Assembly: GCA_014905635.1 (NCBI GenBank)
Contig: JABVCE010000007.1
Coordinates: 682,001-746,000, forward strand
Direction: 5' to 3'
DNA length: 64,000 nt
From: Scenedesmus sp. PABB004
Taxonomy: Eukaryota
A model generated the notes under the pieces. It searched no databases, was not told where the DNA came from, and saw only the letters and a list, made by a program, of their open reading frames with translations. Positions 47,201 to 58,083 of the stretch are shown in pieces; the first letter of the stretch is position 1; each line of letters starts with the position of its first letter. The position numbers were made by a program, and so were the translations under genes.

Positions 47201-49678
47201 GCGGCGCGGCGCGCGCGACGTACGTCAAGGGCGACCGCGTGATGGTCGTGGCGGGCGAGCTCAACACGCTCGAGGGTGCGCGCAAGCCGCGCCTGGCGCC
47301 GCGCCGCGCCGGCCTGGCCGCACCGCGCCGCCCCGCCGCGCGCGCGCGCTCGCCCCGCGTGACCGCCCGCTGCGCCTCGCGCCCCGCTTGACCGCCCGCC
47401 TCGCGCCCCCTCCCAGGCACCGTTGAGGACGTGAAGCTGGACGAGGGCAAGCTGCTGGTGCGGCCGGACATGATGGCCGGCGAGGTGGTGGAGCTGGAGC
47501 TGGACGAGGTGCAGAAGCTGTTCAAGGTGCGGCGCCCAGCATCACTCGCGCCCAGCAGCAGCGCCCAGCAGCGCCCAGCGCCGCCCAGCAGCGCCCAGCT
47601 GCGCCCAGCGCCCCGCGCCGCCCAGCGGCCGGCGCCGGCGGGGGCGCTGGGCGCGGCGCTGCGTGCGGGGCCGCCTTGTTCGCGCCGCCGCCGGGGCTGC
47701 TGCCCGCGCCGCCGCCCGCGCCGCCGCCCGCGCCGCCGCCGCTCACGCGGCCCGCGCCGCCGCCGCGCCGCGTCGCGCAGCCGGGCGACCACGTGCGCGT
47801 GCTGAGCGGCCCGCACGAGGGCGCGCGCGGCATGGTGGTCGTGGTGAAGGAGGGCGTGTGCGTGCTGGTCCCGGACACGCGGCAGGGCGAGCTGCAGGTC
47901 TTCGTCAAAGACCTCACAGAGGCCAGCGACCCCGGCACGGGTGCGCGCACCGCCAGCGCGCCCGCCGCGCCGCGCCGCGCCGCGCCGCACCGCGCCCGCC
48001 CTCCCGCGCGCGCGCGCGCGGCCGCGCGCCGCCCGCGCCGCCCCTCCCCACGCGCCCCCGCGCGCACCCGCGCGCCCGCGCACGCCGCCTCGCTCAACCC
48101 CCGCACGCCCCGCCGCGCCGCGCCTGCCTGGACCCCCAGGCATCGAGAGCCTCGGCGGCAAGTACGAGCTGCACGACCTCGTCGCGCTGGACGCCAACAC
48201 GGCGGGCGTGATCATCGCCATCGACAAGGACACCGCGCGCGTGCTCACCAATGCCTCCACGCCCGCCAAGCAGGACGTGCGGCTCTGCCGGGTGCGCGTC
48301 ACCGCGCGGCGCGCGCGTCTGCGCCGCCGCGCCCGCGCCGCGCCCGCGCCGCCGCGTCCGCCCGCGCCCGCCCAGCCCCTCCTTCCGCGTCTCCCCTGCG
48401 CCCCGCCGCTGTGTGACCGCTCGCAGGAGAGCGACATCATGCGCAAGCTGCTGCCCAGCCGCGCGTCGACGACGGACGCCAACAACGCCGTCGTGAGCGC
48501 GGGCGACTACGTCACGCTGCTCGAGCCCCCCGGCCCGCGCGCGGCCGGCGGCGCGCGGCAGAGCAAAGGCGGTGCGCGCCGCGGCCGCGCCCGCCGCCGG
48601 GGAGGGCGCCGCGCGCGCCGCGGGGAGGCCGCCCCCGAGCCCCGCCCCGCCGCCGCCGCCGCCGCCGCCGCTGCTGCGCCGCGCCGCGCTCTGCCTGCGC
48701 AGGCACGGTGCACGCGATCAGCCGCGGCGTGGTCTTCCTGCGCTGCCCCGAGCTCTCTGACCGCGGCGGCTTCCTCGTCGTGCGCAGCCGCCAGGTGCGC
48801 CTGCGCGGCAGCGGCGGCCCCGCCGCGCCGGCGGGCGGCCCCGGCGCCGGCCCGGGCGTGCTCTCGTCGCCGAAGCATGTCCCCGGGTCGGGCCCGCAAA
48901 ACCCGTACGCCGCCGGCGGCGCGGGCGGCGTCGGCGGCGGCTCGTACGGCGGCGGCGGCTTTGGCGTCGGCGGTAGCGGCGGCCGCGGCGGCGGCGGCGG
49001 CCGCGGCCGCGGCGGCGGCGGGCTCATGGGCGCCGAGGTCACCGTGCGCAGCGGGCCGTACGCGCGGTACAAGGGCCGCGTGAAGCAGGAGACCGCGACG
49101 CACCTGCAGCTGGAGCTCGACGCGGTCAACAAGATCGTGACGGTGAAGAAGGAGCACGTGCTGGGCCTGCCGGGGCAGGCGCCGGGCGCGCTCGGCGGCG
49201 CGCCCGGCGGCGGGCTCGGCGGCTTTGTGCCCGGCGCGCGGCCGCCGGGCGGCGCGTACGGCTTCGTGCCGGCCGCGGGGCCGCCGCGCACGCCGGCGCA
49301 CGCGATGCAGACGCCGCTGCACCCGAGCATGGGCGGCGCGACGCCGCTGCACCCGGGCATGACGCCGATGCACCCGGGGATGACGCCGATGCACCCGGGC
49401 ATGACGCCGGCGCACCCGAGCATGACGCCGGCACACCCCAGCGCGGAGCCCGACTTTTACGGCGGCCGCGGCGGCCGGCCGCCGAGCGCGGCGACGCCGA
49501 TGGGCGGCTACGGCGGCGCCGCTACGCCCATGGGCGGCTACGCGCCCGCGCCGACGCCGGGCACCGCCGAGACGCCCGGCGCGGCGGGCTACGCGGGTGC
49601 GGCCGCGCTCGCTCGCGTCCGCGCCGCAGCGCGCCCGCGCCGCCGCGCTCTCTGCCGACGCCGCGCTCTCTGCCAACC

Positions 49679-49709
<31 letters not shown>

Positions 49710-50591
49710 ACCTGCTCCGCCTGCGCCGCGCCCAGAGCACGGCAACGCGCGCACGCCGGGCGCCGCCGCCACGCCGGGCGGGCCGGACGGCTACGCCTAC
49801 ACGCCAGGTGCGGCCGCGCAGGCCTCGGGGAGTGGCTGGGGCTCAGCCACTCCCCGAGGATCGCGCCGACGCAGTCGGGCCACCAGCTGGCGCGCGCTGC
49901 CGCCGGCAGAGCCCCCACGCGCGCCGCCGCGCCGCGCCGAGCGCGCCCCGCCGCGCCGCGCCGCGCCGCGCCCACGCCCGCGCGCCGCCGCCGCCGCCGC
50001 GCAGGCGGCTACGGCGCCGCGCCGACGCCGCGCGGCGGGGACCTGTCGGCGCCCAGCCCCGGCGCGGGCGGCTACGGGGAGGCCTACTATGCGCAGCCGA
50101 CGCCGGGCGGGCTCGGCCTCGGCGCGACGCCCGGCACGGTCGCGACGCCGGGCATGGTCACCGGCTACACGCCGCTCGGCGTCACGCCGGGCATGGCCTA
50201 CACGCCGGGCCTCGACCGCCACCACGGCGGCGCCGGCGGCGGGCTGCCGGGCACGCCGGGCCTGCCCGGCGGGCGCGGCGGCGCGCCGCCGCCGCGCGGC
50301 CCCGACTACCGGGACGTGCTGGTCAAGCTCCCGGGCGGCGGCGTCGGCGTCGGCGGCGCGACGCTGCCGGGCGGCGCGCTCGAGGCGTGGCCGCTCGGCG
50401 GCGGCGGCGCGGTGGTGCTGGAGGTGGTGGAGCTGGTGGAGGTGGACAAGAAGGACGCGGTCAAGGTGGTCAGCGGCGACAAGGTCGGCCTGGTGGGCGA
50501 GGTCATGACCTTTGACGGCGGCGACGCGGTGCTCAAGGACGGCGACGTCGTCGACCGCTCCATGCTCGGCAAGCTCAAGCCCCCGGGCTGA
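44244..50591 (+). CDS. SPT5: Transcription elongation factor SPT5 (acidic N-terminus, NGN, KOW repeats, CTR)
   Basis: Acidic N-terminus with FFDEEA/FIDDIAAVD; DHLKGFLYVEA (NGN); WVRVRGGLYKDDLAKV; KLFK|PGDHVRVLSGPHEG; VTVRSGPYARYKGRVK; TPMHPGM CTR repeats. Confidence 0.95.
46997..47052. repeat. Degenerate telomere-like heptamer array in an SPT5 intron
   Basis: GGGGTTTAGGG followed by about six (G)CTCAGGG/CTCGGGG/ATCAGGG units. Confidence 0.65.
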
Positions 50592-50790
50592 GCGGGCGGC
50601 GCAGCGGCGCGCGGCGGCGGGCGGGCGGGCAGCGCAGGCGGGGCGGCGGGCGGCGGGCGTAGGTAGCAGCGCGGGCGCGCGCGCCGCGGCGCGCGGTGCG
50701 CGGCGCGCGGGGCACTCGCGCGGGCGTCCCCCGGTGCAACGAGCGTCCGGCCGCGCCGCCCGTCGCGCCCGGGGGCCGGTTGCGCTAAAC

Positions 50791-52025
50791 GGAAGAAGGG
50801 AGTTACACAGGGTGAATCATGCGCCTACGGCGCCGGGACCCTGACGGTTGAAGCGTTTCAGTCTCGCACGCAGCTGCCGCCCCAGCGACGCCAACTCCCA
50901 AAAGCATCGCCACATCCACACCAAGTGTTGTCACCGCCACACACACCGTGCCAGACGTCGTGCTGCAGGGGTTTTGTTCAGCAGTGTCGGCGGCAGCCGG
51001 TTGACCGCAGCATGCACACCCCCGCTGGGGCACACGCTGCGCGCATGCGAGCGCTCCGTGTCTGTTGTCACGTTTGAGCTGGCAAGGTGCTGTTAGCACC
51101 CACACACACCGGCGCTCGAGGGGACCCCCGGCGCATGCAGGCGCAGCCGAGGCTGCTCAACGTCGCACAAGAGTCAAGCCGTTGCCACGCAGGCTGACAG
51201 TGCTCCAAGCCACAAAGGGCTGGCGCGTAAGGCTAGCAGTGCGGGCGGCGAGCGGAACACGGGCCGTCGCCGCAAAGTCGGCCAGCGCCTCCCAAAACGC
51301 GCCCACCGCCGCCCGCAGCACTATGTCCCGCGCCAACTCAAACGGCAAGGGGCGCTGCCGGATCTGCAGGAAAATCCATGCCACCCGGCGGCCGCGCTCA
51401 CACGCGTATATGGCTGCGATGCAGACCATATCCCACACCATCTGGTGCAACCTGTCGTCCGGGCGGCTGCCCAGCCAAACGTGGCTGCACTTCAAGCATG
51501 AGCCGGCCGGGCGCCAGCCAAACGCACGCAACTGCTTTTCTATCTCCGCGCGCACCACACCCGCGACGGGGCAGCACCAGAAATGATGCGCGGCGCCGGG
51601 GTGCAGCGCGCCGCCGAGCCCCGCCAAGTGCGCCGGCGCCGGCAGCTGGGGCGGCTCCTCGCAGCAGAAGACGCAATTGTCGACCGCCTGGCCGGCGCCC
51701 ATGCGCTCCGCCATAGGGAAGGCCTGCAGCGTGAGCCGCCAGGCCGCGTCCTTGTAGGTGTTGGGCACCTTGAGCCGCCACCAGCGCTCGAGCGCACGGC
51801 ACACAGTGGCGTGATAGGCCCAGCGTCCTGGCTCGTAGGCCAGGGCGGGGACATGCATCAGAGCGGCAATGGTCTGTCCATGCTTGAAGTGACGCTCCAC
51901 AATCGCGTCACGCGTCGGCCCAGACTGCAGCCGCGTGGCCAGTGCCACCGTGAGTTGCGCCGGCCGCACTCCCGGCCGGCAGCCCGGCTGCGCCGGCCGG
52001 CCCGCAAGCGGCCAGCCCAAGCCTT
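50791..52025 (-). mobile_element. 5'-truncated non-LTR retrotransposon (L1-clade-like LINE): ORF2 C-terminus and 3' UTR
   Basis: Intronless ORF 51157-52020 with a zf-RVT-like motif (WWRLKVPNTYKDAAWRL...C..C...HHFWCCP) and HVWL/VWDMVC..A. Direct repeat TTGCGCTAAAC at 50780-50790 and 52026-52036 is the TSD. TGTAA lies 12 nt before the 3' end. Confidence 0.85.
50803..50807 (-). terminator. TGTAA chlorophyte polyadenylation signal at the LINE 3' end
   Basis: TTACA on the plus strand at 50803-50807, 12 nt from the TSD boundary. Confidence 0.55.
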
Positions 52026-52030
52026 TTGCG

Positions 52031-52054
52031 CTAAACCCTGAACCCTAAAACCCC
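52031..52054. repeat. Interstitial telomere-like repeat (about 3 degenerate CCCTAAA units)
   Basis: CTAAACCCTGAACCCTAAAACCCC. Confidence 0.7.
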
Positions 52055-52061
52055 GCCAAAA

Positions 52062-52145
52062 TGCATGTAGTGAGGTTCGAACTCACGCACTGTTGCCAGT
52101 ATCAGAACTTGAGTCTGACGCCTTAGACCACTCGGCCATACATGC
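52062..52145 (-). tRNA. trnL-CAA: tRNA-Leu(CAA), intronless, 84 nt
   Basis: GCATGTA/TACATGC acceptor stem; A box TGGCCGAGTGG; anticodon arm TCAGA-CT-CAA-GT-TCTGA; long variable arm; B box GTTCGAACC; followed by TTTT Pol III terminator. Confidence 0.95.
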
Positions 52146-52918
52146 GCGCCCTGCAAGGCCACTCGCTTGCAAGTTCTGGGTTGCGGATCGATAGGGTTGC
52201 AAAAGCGGCAGACTTGCGCAATATAACCAGCAAAACTCAAACACCCGAAAACGCGCGGATGGCCGATCTTCGGCCAGATTCGAGTCCGGGGCGAAACTTC
52301 AGGCCGTTTGGGTTACCAAGAGGCCTTCATCTCAGCGCGCAGCAAGAACGCAGCTGCCGCAAAAAAACAAGAAGATACGAGTACAAAACGCTCGAGTGCA
52401 GGTCGTCTTGCACGCAGTGCGCAGTTCGAGCGGCGCCCGCAGAACGGCATACCCGTCCCTGAGTGCAGACAGTCCCTGCGCATCCCCGCGCCCTCATGCG
52501 CGCGGTTGGACGCCGGTCCGCGCGCTTGGACGCCGGCCGGCAAACAGCAGCAGGCGTGCAGCAACGCCAGCGCGCGCGCACGCCCACACACACACCACGC
52601 AGCGCCGCCGGCGCTCAAGCGGGCGGGCAGCGCGCCGCCCGGCAGGCCGCCGGGCGGCACCCAGAGACCCGAGGGTTCGAGGCTTGACGAGCGCGTTGCG
52701 GCGCGGGGCGTGCCGCACAGCACGGGCCGCCCGGAACAACGACAACGACCGGCAGAAAGGAAGCATTCGGGGGACGACAAGAAATCAGCAAACCAATACC
52801 CTCCCGGCCTCAAGTGACCAGTAGACCCACGCGCAGCGGGGGCGCGTGTGGGTCGCGCCCGCCCCCGACGAGGGCGCGGGCGGGCGCCGCCCGGGCATGT
52901 GTGCACGCCGCCGCGCGC

Positions 52919-53878
52919 TCAAGCGGCGCGGGCGCTCGCGCGCAGCGCGCGCCGCGCGGGCCAGTTCGGCCGCTTGTCGCCCGGGCCGCGGTGCCCGACC
53001 GTGACCACGGGCGCGGACAGCTCGGGGTCGTGCTGGCCGCGGGCAAAGGCCGCGACCTCGCGCCCGGTCGCGAGCGCGGCGGGGCCGTCGCCCTTGCCCC
53101 CCATCGCGACAGACGTGCCGCCGCGGTCGGTGAACGCGACGCTCTTGCCGCTGCCAAGCGTGGGCGCGCCGCGCCCGGGCGCGTAGGAATGGCGGTTGTA
53201 GGTCGCTGCGGAGGGCCCGTCGGCGAGCGTGTACGCGGTGCCGCTGCCCGCGACGGCGCGGGCGCCGAGGTAGGTCATGGCGATCGCCTGCGTGCCGTAG
53301 ATCTGGCTGTTCTCACCGCGGTTGTGGCCTGCGGGCGGCGGGCGTGCAGAGGGCGGCGGGCGCGCAGAGGGCTCGACGCGCAGAGCGGCTGGGCGCGCAG
53401 AGCGGCTGGGGGCGCAGAGGGCTGGGCGCGGGCGACACGCGCGGGGCCCGACGCGCCTGAGCTCGTCTGGGCGCCGTCGGCCCAGCCGTACGAGAATGGC
53501 GCGGGGAGGCGGTCACTCGCGACGACCAGCTTGCCTGCGAAGCGCCGCGACGGCGGTCGGCGGCTGCTGCGCAGCGTGCTGAGCCCGCCCTAGTGCCCGG
53601 CCGCGCCTGCTAGGAAGTAGATGCCATTGGCCTTGCTCGCCGTGGACGCCTCAGCGTGGCCTTGGTCGACCCAGGTGTCGGTGTTGCCGCCCGGGTCCTG
53701 ACCCGTGTGGTTGGAGTAGGCGCGCGGCGACTCCTGCGCCAGCGCCCGGGCTGCGGGCGCGGCGGGCCGGCGCTGAGCGGCAGGCGGCGGCGCCAACGCC
53801 GGTTCCTCCAGGGCCCAGCATCGTAATCGCACCGTCGCAGCGCACGAGGAGCAGCAGCAGCGCCCAAAGCGCGAGCAT
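52919..53878 (-). CDS. Unknown secreted Gly/Ala/Thr/Ser-rich protein, copy 1 (3 exons)
   Basis: Signal peptide MLALWALLLLLVRCD|ARA; GT-AG then GC-AG introns give a continuous frame ending ...NWPARRALRASARAA*. The same structure occurs in all three copies. Confidence 0.7.
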
Positions 53879-54735
53879 GCCGGCAGTTTCACGCGGCGCG
53901 CCAAAAAAGTGGACCGGGCCTGTTTCTGCTGCCGGCGCGCCCGCTGCACGCGGCGCACGTGCAGTCGGTCTGGACTGGAACGCGCCAAAGCCCAGGAGTC
54001 GGCGGGCGGGGCGCGGGAAGCCGGCGGGGCGGCGGCACCCAGGGCCTGGCAGCGGCGGTTGGGAGTTGCGCCGCGGCCTGCGGCGGCCCGCCCGACTCGA
54101 GCCGCAGCGGCTGGAGTCCGCCGTGCCGCCCGGTTTCGCAGGCGGCCTGCTTCAGAAGCTGCGCGGAGGTGTTGAGGCGCTCGACGACGCCAACGCGGCA
54201 GAGCTGCGGCTGCGCGAGCTGCGGCGACCGCATCAGTTTGCCTTTCAGTCTGGCGTGGCGCCGCAGACCCTGCAGCCAAGCATGGTGTCGGCGGCGTGGG
54301 GCTTTGCGGCGCGCCTTGCCGGCGGCCAGCGCTGCTTTGCGCCTCCAGCGCTGCCGCAGCTCCGCTGGCCGCTGAGCAGCTGTCGCAGCAGGCCATCACA
54401 GCCGTGGTGGCCGCCACCATGGTGCTAGGGCTCAAGAGTTTGGTCTGCCGGCGCCGCGCCGCCCCGCGGCCAGCTGCTTTGCAGTGCACGGAGAGGCTCT
54501 GACGGCCCAGGATCGGACTCGGCTGACCGTGCTCGGCATGAGGGAGCGTCGCTCTGCTCCGCCTGCTGCCTCCCGGGCTGACGTCGCAGCGGCGGCCGCG
54601 CGGCGCATGACCGGATGCCCATCCCTCAGTGCAGACAGTCCCTCAGCATCCCCTCGCACGCACGGCCCGCGTCCTGGATGCCGGCGAACAGCAGCAAGGA
54701 GAGCAGGCGTGCAGCAACGCCGGCGCACGCACACG

Positions 54736-54737
<2 letters not shown>

Positions 54738-54786
<49 letters not shown>
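54738..54786. repeat. (CA)n microsatellite at the duplication junction
   Basis: Pure CA run, with a paralogous run at 57684-57735. Confidence 0.9.
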
Positions 54787-54787
<1 letters not shown>

Positions 54788-55173
54788 ACGCACACCAAAC
54801 AGCAGCAGGCGTGCAGCAACGCCAGCGCGCGCGCACGCCCACACACACACCACGCAGCGCCGCCGGCGCTCAAGCGGGCGGGCAGCGCGCCGCCCGGCAG
54901 GCCGCCGGGCGGCACCCAGAGACCCGAGGGTTCGAGGCTTGACGAGCGCGTTGCGGCGCGGGGCGTGCCGCACAGCACGGGCCGCCCGGAACAACGACAA
55001 CGACCGGCAGAAAGGAAGCATTCGGGGGACGACAAGAAATCAGCAAACCAATACCCTCCCGGCCTCAAGTGACCAGTAGACCCACGCGCAGCGGGGGCGC
55101 GTGTGGGTCGCGCCCGCCCCCGACGAGGGCGCGGGCGGGCGCCGCCCGGGCATGTGTGCACGGCGCCGCGCGC

Positions 55174-56140
55174 TCAAGCGGCGCGGGCGCTCGCGCGCAG
55201 CGCGCGCCGCGCGGGCCAGTTCGGCCGCTTGTCGCCCGGGCCGCGGTGCCCGACCGTGACCACGGGCGCGGACAGCTCGGGGTCGTGCTGGCCGCGGGCA
55301 AAGGCCGCGACCTCGCGCCCGGTCGCGAGCGCGGCGGGGCCGTCGCCCTTGCCCCCCATCGCGACAGACGTGCCGCCGCGGTCGGTGAACGCGACGCTCT
55401 TGCCGCTGCCAAGCGTGGGCGCGCCGCGCCCGGGCGCGTAGGAATGGCGGTTGTAGGTCGCTGCGGAGGGCCCGTCGGCGAGCGTGTACGCGGTGCCGCT
55501 GCCCGCGACGGCGCGGGCGCCGAGGTAGGTCATGGCGATCGCCTGCGTGCCGTAGATCTGGCTGTTCTCACCGCGGTTGTGGCCTGCGGGCGGCGGGCGT
55601 GCAGAGGGCGGCGGGCGCGCAGAGGGCTCGACGCGCAGAGCGGCTGGGCGCGCAGAGCGGCTGGGGGCGCAGAGGGCTGGGCGCGGGCGACACGCGCGGG
55701 GCCCGACGCGCCTGAGCTCGTCTGGGCGCCGTCGGCCCAGCCGTACGAGAATGGCGCGGGGAGGCGGTCACTCGCGACGACCAGCTTGCCTGCGAAGCGC
55801 CGCGACGGCGGTCGGCGGCTGCTGCGCAGCGTGCTGAGCCCGCCCTAGTGCCCGGCCGCGCGCCGCGCCTGCTAGGAAGTAGATGCCATTGGCCTTGCTC
55901 GCTGTGGACGCCTCGGCGTGGCCTTGGTCGACCCAGGTGTCGGTGTTGCCGCCCGGGTCCTGACCCGTGTGGTTGGAGTAGGCGCGCGGCGACTCCTGCG
56001 CCAGCGCCCGGGCTGCGGGCGCGGCGGGCCGGCGCTGAGCGGCAGGCGGCGGCGCCAACGCCGGTTCCTCCAGGGCCCAGCATCGTAATCGCACCGTCGC
56101 AGCGCACGAGGAGCAGCAGCAGCGCCCAAAGCGCGAGCAT
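55174..56140 (-). CDS. Unknown secreted protein, copy 2
   Basis: Near-identical to copy 1, with the same splice sites. Confidence 0.7.
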
Positions 56141-56339
56141 GCCGGCAGTTTCACGCGGCGCGCCAAAAAAGTGGACCGGGCCTGTTTCTGCTGCCGGCGC
56201 GCCCGCTGCACGCGGTGCACGTGCAGTCGGTCTGGACTGGAACGCGCCAAAGCCCAGGAGTCGGCGGGCGGGGCGCGGGAAGCCGGCGGGGCGGCGGCAC
56301 CCAGGGCCTGGCAGCGGCGGTTGGGAGTTGCGCCGCGGC

Positions 56340-57015
56340 CAGGGTGCGCACACAAACCCAGCCGGTTCTGCCGGTTTGAGTTCTGCCAGGTTCTGCCAAC
56401 GTTTTGCCAGCCGGGGGCCGGCGCACAAACCGGCAGAACTCCTAGTTTTGCCAGCGGTGACGCGGGGCATCGGCACTGGCAGTGCGCGGCGCACGGGCCA
56501 CAGCACGGCCAGTAGCGGCCCCCAGACACTGTCAGCGACCTGATCAATTGCTCCAGCGGCCGTTCTGGCCGGCGCGCCGGCCCGATCAGCCATGGCGGAC
56601 AGCACCGGCTCGGTGGAGCAGCAGGCAGCTCGCGGCAAGGGCGGAAGGCCGCCCCACCCCATTCGCACGGCGTTCTTCACGGTTGTGGGCTCAGACGGCG
56701 GCGATTCAGGCGATAGCAGCGCAGCTGCAGCGGCAGGGCAAGCGCCCGCTGCTGCCGCCCCCGGCTGCTGGTGGGGCGCCGCTGATGACCGAGCAGCAGG
56801 CCCTGCTGCTGCTGCACCAGCTTTGTTTGCCGCAGCAGCCGCCGCCGCTGCCGGAGCTGCCGCCGCCGCCGCCGCCTGACGGGCTGGAAGGGTTGGGCGG
56901 GCCGCCGCCCGCCGAGTAACGAGTGCCAGTTATGCCCCGGTTTTGCCAGTTCTGCCAGCGCCCCGGCGAGTTTTGAGTTTTCTCAGAGCCTCGGGGGGTT
57001 TGTGTGCGCACCCTG
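56340..57015. mobile_element. Non-autonomous hAT-superfamily DNA transposon (MITE), 676 bp
   Basis: Perfect 20-bp TIR CAGGGTGCGCACACAAACCC; 8-bp TSD GCCGCGGC at 56332-56339 and 57016-57023; empty site visible in copy 1 (about 54069); subterminal TT(C/T)TGCCAG repeats. Confidence 0.92.
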
Positions 57016-57681
57016 GCCGCGGCCTGCGGCGGCCCGCCCGACTCGAGCCGCAGCGGCTGGAGTCCGCCGTGCCGCCCGGTTTCGCAGGCGGCCTGCTTCA
57101 GAAGCTGCGCGGAGGTGTTGAGGCGCTCGACGACGCCAACGCGGCAGAGCTGCGGCTGCGCGAGCTGCGGCGACCGCATCAGTTTGCCTTTCAGTCTGGC
57201 GTGGCGCCGCAGACCCTGCAGCCAAGCATGGTGTCGGCGGCGTGGGGCTTTGCGGCGCGCCTTGCCGGCGGCCAGCGCTGCTTTGCGCCTCCAGCGCTGC
57301 CGCAGCTCCGCTGGCCGCTGAGCAGCTGTCGCAGCAGGCCATCACAGCCGTGGTGGCCGCCACCATGGTGCTAGGGCTCAAGAGTTTGGTCTGCCGGCGC
57401 CGCGCCGCCCCGCGGCCAGCCGCTTTGCAGTGCACGGAGAGGCTCTGACGGCCCAGGATCGGACTCGGCTGACCGTGCTCGGCATGAGGGAGCGTCGCTC
57501 TGCTCCGCCTGCTGCCTCCCGGGCTGACGTCGCAGCGGCGGCCGCGCGGCGCATGACCGGATGCCCATCCCTCAGTGCAGACAGTCCCTCAGCATCCCCT
57601 CGCACGCACGGCCCGCGTCCTGGATGCCGGCGAACAGCAGCAAGGAGAGCAGGCGTGCAGCAACGCCGGCGCACGCACACG

Positions 57682-57683
<2 letters not shown>

Positions 57684-57735
<52 letters not shown>
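57684..57735. repeat. (CA)n microsatellite
   Basis: Pure CA run. Confidence 0.9.
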
Positions 57736-57737
<2 letters not shown>

Positions 57738-58083
57738 ACGCGGCGCCACCGGCGCTCAAGCGGGCATGCCGCCCGGCAGGCACCGCCGGGCAGCACCCAG
57801 AGACCCACAGGTTTGATTGAGACTTGACGAGCGCGTTGCGGCGCGGGGCGTGCCGCACAGCACGTGCTGTGCGGGCGGCGCGTGCACGCGCCGCCCGGAT
57901 CAGCCAGCGAGGAAGGAAGCGTGCGGGGAAACAACAAGTGATCAGCAAACCATTAGGTCGCAGCGCTCTCCCAGCCAGCCTCAAGTGATCAGTGGACCCA
58001 CGCGCAGGCGCGCGCGTCGCGCCCGCCCCCGACGAGGGCGCGGGCGGGTGCCGCCCCGAGCATGTGTGCACGCCGCCGCGGGC

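Larger units (their letters stand above)
52541..57740. repeat. Recent near-identical tandem duplication (unit 2255 bp; second unit 2946 bp including a 7-bp indel and the MITE with its TSD)
   Basis: Constant ORF-track offsets of 2255 (52810 vs 55065) and 2946 (54425 vs 57371); 2255+7+676+8 = 2946. A more diverged third copy continues to about 59200. Confidence 0.9.

Noticed and set aside
49311..49443. 21-bp tandem repeat that superficially resembles a repeat array
   Set aside because: It encodes the normal SPT5 C-terminal TPxHPxM repeats. There are no spacers or cas genes, so it is not CRISPR.
56592..56919. Short ORFs inside the MITE as a possible transposase or captured gene
   Set aside because: Low complexity, with no BED finger, DDE or hAT dimerisation motif recognisable.
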